Shown: positions 1 through 15,439 of the stretch, one piece after another
Numbering within the stretch: the first letter of the stretch is position 1
Layout: every line of letters begins with the position of its first letter
Source: the human T2T-CHM13v2.0 reference genome, Homo sapiens
Assembly: GCF_009914755.1 (NCBI RefSeq)
Contig: NC_060927.1
Strand: one strand, 5' to 3'
Length of the DNA: 64,000 nucleotides
The notes under the pieces: model-generated
Databases searched by the model: none
What the model was told of the DNA's origin: nothing
The model's input: the letters and a program-made list of their open reading frames with translations, nothing else
Made by a program: the position numbers and the translations under genes

Positions 1-1565
1 ATAAAATGCCCCCATTCTTCTGTGAAATTATGTATGCAAATGCATCTTATACACCAAAAAATAATTGCAGTAACCTTTTAAATCTCATATAACCAAAGTG
101 GCCTTTGCAAACACTCCTTGCCCCTTCAGAAATAATCACTTGTAAACAATACTCAGAATTAACAGGATTTCAAAGTTTTTTTCCTCTATTACTAAAAAAA
201 AGCCATTGCAGAGAGGGCAAGGAGCTGGTGGGTGGGGAGTGGGAAGTCTCAGAGTTAAGCGCTACTGCTGCCAGAATTCCACACCCAGTGGCTGGTTAGT
301 GACTCAATGTTGAGGGCAATTGAGACAGAATCTCAGCTGGTGCTAAAAAAAAAAAAAAGGAGTGCAAATCTGCTCTCAGCAAGTAACAGCCTCCATTTTA
401 ACTTGGACCAACTGGGTGGAACTGCCCTTCCTTCCTAACCCACACAGTCCTCTGCTACACTTGACTTTCTTTTTATTCTGAATTTACCAGTGAAAAACAC
501 AGATGGGGGCTGGGAAGCACAGTGGGAACTGCCCCAGGCTGCACTCCAGGCCCCAGACCTGAATGGGAACTATGTCATTAGTCCATACATTGCTCTCTGG
601 GTTTTCCTTGGCTTGTAAAGTACTTTTTGACTTATATACATTAAAAACAAAAAACAAAAAAACAGCTTGGTGTTGAATTGGGCAGCAGACCTGTCTGTTT
701 GCTCAGCTTGATCTAAATTGGCTTTTGGTTGAAACTTCAGGTGGCTTTTCAGTTTGTCTATGCGCCTCACCCTCCAGGAAGACAACTTAGCCCCTATTTA
801 GCATTTTTGCTGACAGAGAACCAGCAGGCTTGCTGTTTGAACCTACATTTGAATGTACTATTTGGCCAAAAAAATTAGAAAAAAATCACTCCTTTTAGAT
901 TTGTTGGATTTGGTTGCTTTATTTTTGGCCCAAATGCTCCTCTGTCATATTGTTTTACATTTCTCTGTAATTCACTCTTTTGTGGCTCTTTCAGCAGAAT
1001 TCTCTCTGCATTGTCAGCTTTTATGAACAAATGGGAGACAGTTTGAATTATGAATAGAGTGTTCATCCATCACAATCCAGTGACAGGCAACACCTATAGA
1101 CTGTCCACAGCACACAGATACTACCTCCATGGAAGACTGATTTTAAAAACAAAATTATCCCTTAATCTCTTAAATCAATCAAACCTTCACACTTAGTAGT
1201 TAGTGTGTCAATGATGAACATATGTATCCTCCTAACAAAGTAATAATCATTACAGTGCAGGTGCAATATTATATATTAATATCATCAGTTCAAAACTTTA
1301 CACAGTGTATTAAGGAGAAAAAAATAGAAAACTAGCTTTCTTTTCTATGTTAATTTCAAACAACATTTTTCTTTAAAATTAATTTTGGGATTCTGTATTT
1401 GACTTAATGTAAATTAAAAAAATTTGGGATAACTTAGAGGTTCATAAAAATTGCCCTTTACAAAATTGCTGGGGTAGTTATGGTTGTATACTGATCTAGC
1501 TTAGAATTTATGAGGGAAACCAAGTGGAATGAGTGGATGGACAGACACAATTAAAGAATTACTGC

Positions 1566-2570
1566 TGTTAAAGGAAAATTAGAGCTTGACAATGAAGTGG
1601 CCCAAACAGGTTTTATTCAGGAACTATTGTAATAGGAGAAAAGAGATCTCAGTAGAGAACTGGGCTCAATTTTGAATACAGCTTGGACAAGTGGGGATTT
1701 ATAGCCAAGAAGCAGGGTAGGGGTGAGTGGATGGAAAATACTATTAGGAAACAGCAGCGGTAGGGAGGGTTTTGGTTAAACAGACCTACAAGGATTCTTG
1801 CTGAAGGCAGGCTAGGGTGATCAGGGTGGGGGATAAGGAATCTGAAAAGATGCTGAGAATGATCAGAGATCACAGGTGGAGAATTCTCTCTAAACTGACC
1901 ATGATGGTTAATATTGAGTGTCAACTTGATTGGATCGAAGGATGCAAAGTATTGTTCCTAGGTGTTTCTGTGAGGGTGTTGCCAAAGGAGATTAACATTT
2001 GAGTCAGTGGACTGGGGGAGGCGGACCCACCCCCAATCTGGGTGGGCACCATCTAATCAGCTGCCAGTGTGGCTAGAATAAAGTGGAATGAAGAAGAAAG
2101 TGGAATGGGCAGACTTGCTGAGTCTTCCAGCCTTCATCTTTCTCCTGTGCTGGATGCTTCCTGCCCTTGAACATCAGACTCCAAGCTCCTCAGCTTTTGC
2201 ACTGTTGGACCTATACCAGGTTTGGCAGGGGCTGTTGGGCCTTTGGCCACAGGCTGAAGGTTGCACTGTCAGCTTTCCTACTTTTGAGGTTTGGGACTCG
2301 GACTGAGCCACTGCTGTCTTCCTTGATCCTCAGCTTGTAGATGGCCTATCGTGGGACTTCACCTTGTGATCATGTGGGTCAATACTCCTTAATAAACTCC
2401 CCTTCATATACATCTATCCTATTAGTTCTGTCACTCTAAAGAACCCTAACTAATACAGTGACTTAGCAGGATTTTTGCTAAAATGGCATGATGCAGGCCC
2501 AATTAGGTAGACACCAAGGTCAGACTTAGAGGAGCCTGACTAAAGTTTAGTGAAGGAGAGAATCTTTACT
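1566..2570 (-). mobile_element. ERV1 solo LTR, MER31-like, split by MLT2A2
   Basis: Similar to the copy at 39133-39590 (ATTTATAGCC..GGATGGAAAAT..AGGATTCTTGCTGAAG); flanked by ACTGC at 1561-1565 and 2571-2575. Confidence 0.75.
1900..2457 (+). mobile_element. ERVL solo LTR MLT2A2
   Basis: Starts TGATGGTTAATATTGAGTGTCAACTTGATTGG, ends GAACCCTAACTAATACA; 558 bp; 5-bp TSD CTGAC/GTGAC. Confidence 0.9.
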
Positions 2571-2680
2571 ACTGCAAAGATGTATGATTCTTGTTTTAAC
2601 TGGGGTAGGCTAGGTATATATTGTAACAAGCTCTCCCACCCCCAGATGACAATGTTTGTTTCTTCTTGCTGGTAGGTGGA

Positions 2681-3036
2681 TGCTATGGTTTGAATGATTG
2701 TCTTCTCCAAAACTCATGTTGAAATTTAATTACCATTGTAACAGTATTAAGATGTGGGACTTTTAAGAGTGATTAGGCCATGAGGGCCCTGCCCTCATAA
2801 ATGGATTAATGCCATTACTGGGGGAGTGGGTTTACCCCCTCATGCTCTCTGTCTCTCTTGTGCCCTCTCTTTGCCCTTCTGCCATGTGATGGTGCAGCAA
2901 GAAGGCCCTTGGCAGATGCTGTCATCGTGATACTGGACTTCCCCGCCTCCAGAACTGTAAGCCAATACCTTTCTGTTCATTATAAATCATCCAGTCTTAG
3001 GCATCCTGTTACTGCAGCACAAAACAAATTAAGGCG
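2681..3036 (+). mobile_element. MaLR solo LTR (MST family) inserted in an older MLT1-like relic (~2595-3330)
   Basis: TGCTATGGTTTGAATG start, GGACTTCCCCGCCTCCAGAACTGTAAG; TSD GTGGA at 2676-2680 and 3037-3041. Confidence 0.85.
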
Positions 3037-3548
3037 GTGGAAGAGAAAGGAGTTTGTTTTACACAGTCACTCACAGAACCTGGCTGATGTAGCCTTCTCC
3101 ATCTTATACCTGCAATTTCTGGAATAATCTTCCCCCTTTGGTTACCATGGCAGGGAAAGAGACTAAAGAACTGTACCAAGGCTTTTCATTGCTTCATTCC
3201 AGATGTGGCCTTGTAACTTCTTCTCACAGCTCATTGGCCAAGCCAGTTACGTGGTCCTACCTAGTGACATAGGGAGCTGGGAAAAGTGTGCATATAGTGG
3301 AGTATTTCGTGAGGATTACTGTGGGTTCCACATTTACACTTAGAGATATGTATGCAATAAATGTCTTCTCCAGTAGCAGTCCCCTGTTATTCAATGTTTT
3401 GCTTTCCTTGAATTAGTGACCTGTGGTTAACTGAGGTCTCAGATAGGTGAGTACAGTGCCATAAAATATTTTGAGAGAGGGAGACCAAATTTACATAACT
3501 TCTATTACAGCATTTTGTTATAGTTGTTCTGTTTTTAGTTATTGTTAA

Positions 3549-3858
<310 letters not shown>

Positions 3859-3887
3859 TATAAATTAAATTTTATCGTAGGTATGGA

Positions 3888-4998
3888 CAAATAGTCCCCA
3901 ATTTATGATGGGTTGACTTAAATGATTTTTCAACTTTAGGACTGTGCAAAAGCAATATGCATTCAGTAGAAGGCAGTACAATACTATTTTTTTGTATGTT
4001 TTTCAATAGGTTTTTAGGGAACAGGGGGTTTTTGGTTACATGGATAAGTACTTTACTGGTGATTTCTGAGATTTTGGTGCACCCATCACTCGAGCAGTGT
4101 ACACCGTACCCAAAGTGTAGTCTTTCATCCCTCGCCCCCTCCCACCCTTCCCCACGAGTCCCCAAAGTCCATTGTATTGTTCTTATGCCTTTGTGTCCTC
4201 ATAGCTTAGCTCCCACTTAGGAGTGAAAACATACGATGTTTGGTTTTCCATTACTGAGTTTCTTTACTTAGAATAATCGTCTCCAGCTCCATCCAGGTTG
4301 CTGTGAATGCCATTATTTAGTTCCTTTTTATGGCTGGGTAGTATTCCATGGTGTACACACACACATACACACACACACACACACCCCACATTTTCTTTAT
4401 CCACTTGTTGATTGATGGGCATTTGGGCTGGTTCCATATTTTTGCAATTGCAAATTGTGCTGCTATAAACATGTGTGTACAAGTATCTTTTTCATATAAT
4501 GACTTCTTTTCCTCTGAGTAGATCCCCATTAGTGGGATTGCTGGATCAAACGGTAGCTCTAATTTTAGTTATTTAAGGAATCTCCACACTGTTTTTCATA
4601 ATGGTTGTACTAGTTTACATTTTCACCAGCAGTGTAAAAGTGTTCTCTTTTCACCACGTGTATACCAACATCTATTATTTTTTGATTTATTAATTATGGC
4701 CATTCTTGTAAGAGTAAGGTAGTATCAAATTGTGGTTTTGATTTGCATTTCCCTGATCATTAGTGGTGAGCATTTTTTCATATGATCCTCTCTCGTGATA
4801 GTGGGCAGAGGCAGTGCACGCAGTGCACTGTGTTGTCAGGCAATTTTGCCCAAGTGCAGGCTAGCGTAAGTCTTCTGAGCATGTTCAAGGTAGGCTAGAC
4901 TAAGCTGCGATATTCCGTAGTTAGGTGCGTTAAATACATTTTTCAGCTTAGGATGGGTTTATTGGATTGTAACTCCATTGTAAGTGGAGGAGCAGTTT
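3888..4998. mobile_element. MER47-type Tigger MITE inside MER44A, split by L1
   Basis: GCATTCAGTAGAA at left end; GTAGGCTAGACTAAGCT..TTGTAAGTGGAGGAGCA at right end. Confidence 0.75.
3987..4783 (-). mobile_element. L1PB-type 3' end, 5'-truncated, with internal (CA)n at ~4354-4384
   Basis: 3' UTR GATTTCTGAGATTTTGGTGCACCCATCAC; ORF2 C-terminal remnant CTHMFIAAQFAIAKIWNQPKCPS in ORF track. Confidence 0.9.
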
Positions 4999-5215
4999 CA
5001 GTTCTCTAGGTAGTTTCAGGCATCCATGGGGGGTCTTGGAAGGCATGCCCGCCTGGAAGGGGGTGGACAATTGCATTTTCTTTTGGGAGGAAGGGCAAGA
5101 GAAAATGTTGCAAATATGGAATACAAGCAGAGAAATTCTTAAATTACCCAGGATGTTTCTTGTAATTTCAAGTCAGCACAAATAATAAAATATATTTAAA
5201 GCATCAATAAAATAG

Positions 5216-5703
5216 TGTAGTGTCCAACCTCTGTGCACTCCAATGGCGATGGCATCAGGTTTAAGAGGCCAAAGAAGAGCCTCAGAAACAGCAAATGAGA
5301 CATAGGGTTTTACTGGGGGTTGATATCCAGGGGAGAGAGTCCAGTGGCGGTGGGCTGGGCAGGAGAGCCACCTTATGCATGGTCCAAAGGTGGTGGGCCG
5401 GACAGGAAAACCGCATTGCAAACAGCATGCAGTTTATATAGCATTTTCCCTTAACCCCTTCCTCTTCCAGGTCCCACCTGGCAACCTTCATTTAACCCAA
5501 AAATTCAGGGTCTCAATCCTCTGTTTGGCCCATGTTCCACAGGATGAGCTGAGGGCTCAGATGTTCCTCATAATCAGGAACAAATTTCTGGATTAGCCAC
5601 TCCCAAATCCCTAGCTTGGAATAGACATTCGGGTGCATCTGCCATGCAGGGTCCATTCTAAGGGTATGCTTAAGTTATTGCTATCAGGTGTGTTTACCCT
5701 ACA
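5216..5703 (-). mobile_element. ERVL-class solo LTR, LTR47-like
   Basis: TG..CA termini; perfect 5-bp TSD AATAG at 5211-5215 and 5704-5708; minus strand begins TGTAGGGTAAACACACCTGATAGCAATAACTTAAGC. Confidence 0.7.
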
Positions 5704-6057
5704 AATAGTTACATGAATTTTCCTCACCCCAGATACAAAAATTCTCAAGTGATGGATATTTAGATCTCCTATTTTCAGGAGTTACATGAACTTTGAACTT
5801 AATGAAAAGGAGACATTTTGGAAAATGTTTTGAAGGGTGAAAGCTTATGATTTTTTTTGTAGTATCTCCTTTTGGAGAAGTGCTACTGGGAAGTGCTGTA
5901 TTAGCCTAGCAGTAGTAGTTCTTTTGGCCAGATCAATATATATTAAAAGAAAAAAAGGGAAAATAAAAGGACTGTATTTAAGTGGGTTGTGCTCTCTGCA
6001 GTGTGGCACAGGCCCCATGATGCCCTATTATCTATGCCCAGTTCATTTCCTAATTTT

Positions 6058-6726
<669 letters not shown>

Positions 6727-9337
6727 TAGAAAATGGGTGAAGAAAGCCCCCTGTTGGGCTGTTTCTCTAGCACTCATTGGAGGTATGTAAAAGAAACTGA
6801 TTGCCTTTTAGAATCAGTCTCTCCACAAACAGTAGGGAGATTTACCAGTTATTTCAGAGGAATTAGAGAATAAAGTGGACATGCTGCGTAAACTATGCTA
6901 ACTCTGGCAATACTGGACATTTAAGAAGTCAAAAAAGCCTCTGTTATGGCTAAGAGAAAATTGCAATTACGTAAATAGGGGGTTTCACTATATTAGCTGT
7001 GTTAATTTCTTGTCCTCAAAGGAGTAAATGGTTTTAGTATATGGTGTACAACACAGAGTCATTAAGTCCATAAAAGCAGTGTTTAGTGGGAGAAATAGAA
7101 AAGTCAAATTTAATTTAAAATTGATGCGTCATGGAGAATGTCTGGCTTTTCAGTATCAGCACTTCAGAGCCATAAATGTGGAACAGATACAATTTCCCCA
7201 CTGCATGGGAAGCGGCGAGGCCACTCATGTGTTGTGCCCTGAAAGAGCTGCAGGGCAGGTGTCGATATTATGGTGGGTCTGAAGCCAGACCATTTTCTCT
7301 TTAACCCAAATACATGACTGGGAACAGAAAATGCTTGATATCCACATGTCAAGTCGGTTAGAATTAACTAGTTTGCTGAACAGCTGAACCAAATTTGACA
7401 AACTCAAGCTCGTTTGGGGTCCTAGCTTCCTTCCCGGCATGCTGATTTTCAAGCTGGTGCCCATTATGCTGCTCATATTAAAATGCTATGAAAGCAAAGC
7501 ATTTTGTGTTGAGTGGTTGAGCAAACTCTATTATACAGTAATTATACTATCAGTATAGAATCTAATTTTATATGGAGGAGGGGGTTTTAACCAAATGAAA
7601 GAGGAAAACTCACGAACAGTATTTTTTCATTATCACTATGGGATGGTAAAATTGCAGAACTTTTAGGCTAACTTGGGAGGCTATATTTAAGCCTATTTCT
7701 ACTAATTGAAATTAACTCTGTTTTTGCTGGATTTTAACAAAACTTAGCCACTATAACAATAAATGTAAATTCTAAGGAGTTCCCTCTATTAGGTGCTTAT
7801 TGAGCATGCAAAAATTTGTCTGTCAATGACCAATCATAGGCACACTTGCTCTATTATTCATGATATTTTAAGCATCATTGAGACACTAGGTTACAAACGA
7901 ATGGGCCTCAGGTTACAAATGAGTAGAACCACCCCAGAAAGAATTCTTGCTGACAGTGGGGATGTAGAAGATGAGGGAGGGGGGTGCGGGAAGACCTAGT
8001 TTGCTGTAGTACCAACTGAGATACTCAAGTTACTTACAACCAAGTAAAATAAGGTTGGTTATGTCACTTGTGGAATTTAATTAAATAATTATTACTAAAT
8101 ACCTACCACATGCAGAACATTATGTGGGGATTGTTACTATTCAAAGGTGAGTAAACGTAGGGTTTGTGCCCAGGGAATGTATAATCTTCTGTAAATCAAT
8201 TGCAGTTGTTTATTGATTGCTACATAAATATTGAGTATTAAGTTAATTACAAAGGAAGGGGTTATCTGGTGTGTGGATTATCTAGGCTCTTTGTTGCTGC
8301 TTTTCCTCCGATGACTTTGCAGCTGTCTCCCACCTCCTTAGCTAGAAAGATGAAAAAATGAATGGAAACAAAACAAAAACCCTAATTTACTGCTTGTTAG
8401 CAAACCTGGAAAACTGGATAGTTTAAAGCAAGAAAATGTGCCAGTTAGAACAAGAGTTATGGATTGAATGATTTTTGTTTGTTGTCTGATGCTTATTGAC
8501 AGATAAATAATATATATGTGTTCATTTGCTATACATACACTATATGTGCAAAGATATTTATATATACAAATATATGAATATTTGTGTAGTACATATCCCA
8601 CACTGCTTAAGGGTGTGCGTGTGTGTGTATGCATGCATAATGTCTATGATCTGTTACCGCTAAAGTGAGAGAAAAAGCAAATCCAGTAATCAGCCTCCAG
8701 TCTGTATTTCCACAATAAAAGATTATTATTTGTTCGAGACTTGGGTGCAGGGTGAGTACCACCAGTCTGTGTTCCTTCTGTGGAATGTGTGGCTTGCACA
8801 ATAAAACCTACTTGTGGGAAGCAGATTTTTATTTATTTAATGAGATTTAATGCATTAATATACACAGAAAACCTTAACAAAAGAAAAAATAAAGTCCTCA
8901 CAGTAAAATAACATCAGAAATTGGGTGAACTCATGGCTGCCTTGTCTGTCTCTGACATACCTCATTGGCAGAGAGCCTTCTGCCAAGAAATATGCCATTT
9001 TTACTGGCATCATTTACTCTAGGTTCTACTTTTCTTTTTCAAATTTGAGAAGAGAAACTCTACTTCCAGGAGGAGGAATTCTCAGTTGGCCAGAATCTCA
9101 GGAGAGAAGGTGTTATCCCTAGAGAAGGTCAGAGGAAAAGGCGGGGTGCTGCCCCCTACCCCCCCTACTTTCCTTTCAGTCTGGCCACACCCCTCAGAGG
9201 AAAGCAGGCAAGTCTTTCGGTCTACTGCTCTCCCCTTCCAGATCTCATCCTCTTCCTTTAATTCAGTAGTTTCCAATCTTTCAGGCTATGAATGATAGTA
9301 CTAGTCAACCTAAAAACGTTCATAGACTCCCACATGA

Positions 9338-9655
<318 letters not shown>

Positions 9656-10583
9656 AGTTTCAGGTTTTTATCATTCTTTTGAGTCATGATTCCAGAGAAA
9701 GAGTTTTTCCCTCATATATAGGTTAGGAAAGTCATGGAGAATTTTCTTATTGACCTGAGCCACGTATCCCCATCTTACTGGCTTAGGTTACATATCCAGC
9801 CCCTTCTCATGAGTCCAGCCCTCTGGGCAGGATTAGCCCCATTTAAACCACATGGAGTGGGTCCCTCACAGAAAAGAGCAGTTTTGTGGCCAGAATAAAG
9901 GAGACAGGATGATGAGCTGACAAAAATAGTGAACGTTTCCCCACATTTAGAAAAGTGCTTTGAAAAATTGTGTAACAATATATAAATGTATAACATTGAT
10001 AGCCTTTTCTCATTCTGCTATAGACTTCAAGCATTGATTTTAAAAGTAGAGCAATTATGTTAACAAATATAGCAAATACGTGGGCAGTGTGCCCTACTTC
10101 ACCAGTTTTTAGTGCATGTAGAGTAAAATCTCCCAGCTGTCCATTCAGTAGCTCAAAGGCCCACCTGCTTTTATTAACAGAAATTCTAATATGTCTCTCT
10201 TGGACCTCCTGTCAACGCTGATTTGTCCAAAATGTTCCAAAATCTACTCAGATTAAAGAGTGCCAATCCCTGATGCTCTTAGAGATTCTTTCTTGCTGTT
10301 GCTTTCACTGCCAGGTAGTGCCCCTGTTGAAAGCTGTTCTTGTCCCAATGATGGACCCACTGCTTCAGACCCCCTGAAGACCCCTGAAGACGCTGGCCTT
10401 GTCTTGGGCTCCAGGGCTCCAGCTCACACGCACAGACACTATTTATCAACACTCAAGCCAAGAGGGGATGATTTCCAACTTTGGCTTAACACTGTGTGGG
10501 AGCTGGCCATTTCCAAGAGTCTTTGGGCCAATAGATGAGACTGCAGGACCACATGTCCCTATTCCTGGTGAGTTCTCCTCTAG

Positions 10584-10894
<311 letters not shown>

Positions 10895-11359
10895 TCCTCT
10901 AGGATTCTTGAGGTCTTCTTGACACTAGACCTACATCATGGTCCCCAGTTCTTGCTCAGTGGTGTCTATACCTTTGAGTTAAGGTAAAACCCTGGTAAAA
11001 CCAGAGGCCATCTCTCAGAAGGCCTCTGGGCTACTGGGCTTCTGGTTTATCAAGCAAATTGGTTTATCTTCTTATATACTAAAGAGAAGGACTACTTTTC
11101 CTAAGTCTCTGGAAGGATGAGGTTTTTAAATGCACCTTTCCCCAGGGCAAGGGGTGCTTTTTAACTTTAATTTTTACAAAACAGCCAAACTACTCTTTCA
11201 AGAACAACAAGAATAACAAAATCTTCCCCAAGGAGACCTCTTTCCAGATGGTAAAAGGCTGGCATAATTATTTTAAAATTCTCCCTCCCTGGGCATCCTG
11301 TTAACACAAATGTAAACCTGGATTTCTGCCTCAGGCTTGTCCCTCCTGATGTGTTCACA

Positions 11360-12465
11360 GTGTTAATGAATGACATCATTCTCTACCTGGGTGACCAAGG
11401 CAGAAACCTGGGAGTCAGGTTTGGCTCTTCTTTTAGACTTGTCTGCCACATCCAAGCAATTAGCAAGTCTTGTCATTTCTACCTCCTCAATATCAACCGG
11501 TTATGTCCACTGCCTTCCAACCTCATTCCCACTAAGTTCCCTAATGTCTCCTCTGAATTTTATGGCGAATCCTTCTGATTTGGTGTTCACATTATGGTCT
11601 GGATATTTACTAAACTGTAAATGTGATCGTATGACTTGTCTACATACAGCTTACCAGTGACTTCTCATTGTTTTTAGGCCGAAATCCAGAAGCAGTCCAG
11701 CATCTTCCTCACTTCTCCAGGGTTATTTCCCACTGTTTCCTTTTTCATAATCTTTGTTCCACCCATACCAGAGTCCTCACGCTCACACGGGGCTCCAGGC
11801 TCTCTCTGACTTACGGAGCGAGCACTCACTCATTCAGATCCTGTGCTCTGGAAACATCCCCTCCCTCTCTCACTCCCCTCTTGCCATGTTGTGTGTGCTC
11901 CTGTTTAAACTCAGATTGCTCACGTCCCAGCCTGGTTTCCATGCCCTGCTGTGAATTCTATACGGCAGGGGTCCCCAGCCCCAGGCCACACAGCAGGAGG
12001 TGAGCAGCAGGTGAACAAGCGAAGCTGAGTTCCGCCTTCTGTCAGGTCAGCTGCACATTCGATTCTCATAGGAGCATGAACCCTATTGTGAACTGCGCAT
12101 GTGAGGGATCTAGGCTGTGCACACTCCTTATAAGAATCTAACACCTGATGATCTGAGGTGGAACAGTTTCATCCCGAAACCATAACCCCTCCCCTGCCCT
12201 GTCTATGGGAAAATTGTCTTCCATGAAACTGGTCTCTGGTGCCAGAAAGGTTGGGGATTGCGGCCGTACGTCCTCCACCATGTCACATTCTGCAACGCTG
12301 TCTTTAAATAGCATTGCCTACCAATGGAAGTTAGGAAGTCAATGCTGAGCCTCATGATGCCACCAGCCATATCTGCACAACCACCATCATGTTTCCAGAG
12401 GTTAGAACAGCATCTTGTGTAGGGTGGACACCTAATACCTATTTATTTAAATAGTAAACACATTA
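11360..12465 (+). mobile_element. L2 3' fragment split by MER1B
   Basis: CAGAAACCTGGGAGTCA..CACATCCAA..AAGTCTTGTCATTTCTACCTCC motifs. Confidence 0.65.
11966..12263 (+). mobile_element. MER1B (hAT-Charlie)
   Basis: Terminal inverted repeats CAGGGGTCCCCA..TTGGGGATTGCGG; GATTCTCATAGGAGC core; degenerate 8-bp TSD CTATACGG/CCGTACGT. Confidence 0.9.
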
Positions 12466-13885
12466 ATAAACCTTACAAGGCAGCAAAGGCTTGGGGAGAG
12501 GATTTTCAACGGCAATTAGGAAGTGTGATTTTTTTTCATCTTTTCTTACTCTTTGAATGATTTTTATGTATGACTCTGCATTACTTTTTCACGGGAGACG
12601 AATGATCATGCCCTAACGGGACAGAGTCTGGTCCTTAGTCAGGGGCTCCTGGCAGAACTGGCCTTCTGGAGGAAGCACTTATCAGCTCCTTTTAATTAAC
12701 TGTCATATTTTCTACCTGTGACCCTAACTACTTTAAGAAAAAATGTGAATGCCACACAGGCACCTCAGAATATGAAAAAAATGCATTTGAAGGCCCTTGA
12801 GTGAGATGACTGATCAGGCTAACTCTGAATTTCCAGTCCACTTGAAGTGAAATAATGGTCCCAGAGATAAAATTATACAACAAGGAATAATGTTACAAGC
12901 TGATAACACCAACTTTCTGACCCAAGGATGGTTTCTTTTCCCTCTGAAAATCATATTTCCACCAATAACATTCAGAAAGCTGCTTATCTGGGCTGGAGTT
13001 CATGTGACGAGGTTAGGCATGAGGTATGCTACAGTGGCTATTTGTACTGATTTTCTCCTCTTAAAGCATGCACTTAGAAAGTTCCTGTAAAGCAAAATAG
13101 ACCTTTTTTTCTTATAGATTATTTTTCTAAAAAAATGGCAAATCATAAACTACTGACCTTAAGAGAAATTCAATAAATCATTAAAATGCCACCACTTGCA
13201 AACCCAGCTCTGACTAATTCCTTAGGCCTGGCATGATCAGATACACTAAGACTTCAGTCACCCTTACCAACCACCTAAATACTGCACACCATGGCAGCCT
13301 GCTGAATGCGAGCCCCTGGATCAGGGTGATAGGGTTTTCTTTTGGCTGCAAATGTATTGTGTATGTATTTATTTTCTGGAGTGGAGGAAGAGGAACACAA
13401 AAAATGGTTTCTCTGCAGCCCATGTGGTGAAACGTGTCCATTTGCAGAGAGGTGCTTCTTGTGAGACATGGCCAGTTGGGGCCTCATACACAGAGACAGG
13501 TGGATGTTTTCCCCTGTGGTCTTAATTATTCTTACCTGAGAGAAATAATAGAAGATTGACAGAACTAAAAGTATCATTCATAGGCTAGTCTCGTTTTGAA
13601 AGACTAAATGTGAGGATAAATACTTTTTCCTTTTTTGGAGGTGTGATTTTAAAGTTTCTGTTACTTGAATTAGAAAACTAATCCCCTCTTATTTGAACAA
13701 TTCAGATGATACAGATACATGTAAGAAAAATAAAAGTTTTCTCCAGTTGCCTCTTCTCCCACCTACATTCCTCTGTTACTTTCCTTATTTCTTTGTGATT
13801 ATATAAACATATAGGCACATGCATGGGAACTTTGTTTCTATTCTATGTAAAAACAATAAACATATTGTCTCATAACTTGCTTTTT

Positions 13886-14208
<323 letters not shown>

Positions 14209-14943
14209 TTGTTTTTAGTTTTTTTTTTTAGCTCAATGTGTCAAGGATATCTCCAGTCATCCCGTCTTTTGAACTCTATGGGGCTTCTGTTCTGTGCCAT
14301 GAACATGACACCTGTGTCCTCTGTTACGTTCTTGTGATTGCTCCTGTTTCATATATTCCTGTCTTCTCTTCTGACTAGGTTTAAAGAAAAAGACAGTATT
14401 ATTTGCCCCTTTCCCCCAGTGCTCAGACTCACTAACTGACCCTTTTGAGTTGTTTCTAATCAACTCTTTGGGCTGAATTTCAGTTTAAGTGGAGTCCTTT
14501 TTGTAAGCACCTGCTTTGAAGCCATGTATTTTGTGTTCCTTGGCCACTACCCAATTACCACACCAAATGTGCGCAGTTAACTATCTATGCAACCGAAGTG
14601 AAGCAGTTGTGCAATTACCCAGATAATTCAGGGAAAGAAGGGCGTGCTGCCCTAATGACTCAGGTAATACTTGCTACGGAAATCTGGTATAAGAAGGAAG
14701 ATTTCTTTCTTTTATTAAATGTTTTATAGATATGTGGGTGAATCTTCTTGGGGTAGACTTCATGGTGGGCTCTTGCCCACCTGGTAAAAGTTCCCTAGGT
14801 AATTGTGAAAATCACCTTCCTTATTTAAAGATTATTGTTACAGGGAATGATTACATAACCAGGCACTTCTTCTGAGATAGAAGTTAGGAAGTCAATGCTG
14901 AGTAAAAATACATAAGGTTCTTGCCCTCATATGGGTTATGGTG

Positions 14944-15438
14944 TGTATTAGTTTCCTAGGGCCGCTGTAACAAAGTATTACAAACTGGGTGCCTAACACC
15001 AATAGACATTTATTCTCACAGGTCTGGAGGCTAGAGGTCTGAAATCAAGGTGCTTGCAGAGTCATGTTCTCTCTGAAGACTCTGGAGGAGGACTCTTCCC
15101 TGCCTTTTCCGGCATCTGGCAGCCCCAGGTGTTTCTTGTCTTGTGGCAGCATAAGTCCAGTCCCTGCCTCCATCTGCACATGGCCATCTTCCCTCTGTCT
15201 GTGTGTCTTGGTGTCTTCACAAGTGTTCTCCCCTCTCCCTGTGGGTCAATGTTTGTGTCCAGATTTCCCTCCTCTTATAAGGACATCAGTCATATGAACT
15301 CAGCTGACCCTAATGACCTCATCATAACTTGCTGAAATCTGCGAAGACCCAAGTACCAAATAAGGACATATGTACAGGCATTTGGGATTAGGACTTCAAC
15401 ATTATCTTGTTTGTGGGGACACAATGCAACCCATAACA
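14944..15438 (-). mobile_element. MaLR LTR, MLT1C-like
   Basis: TGTATTAGTTTCCTAGGGCCGCTGTAACAAA..CAACCCATAACA. Confidence 0.85.
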
Positions 15439-15439
15439 G

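Noticed and set aside
4264-4529. ORFs resembling L1 ORF2p C-terminus (also 28495-28716 over the other L1)
   Set aside because: Dead, 5'-truncated L1 fragments; not host genes.
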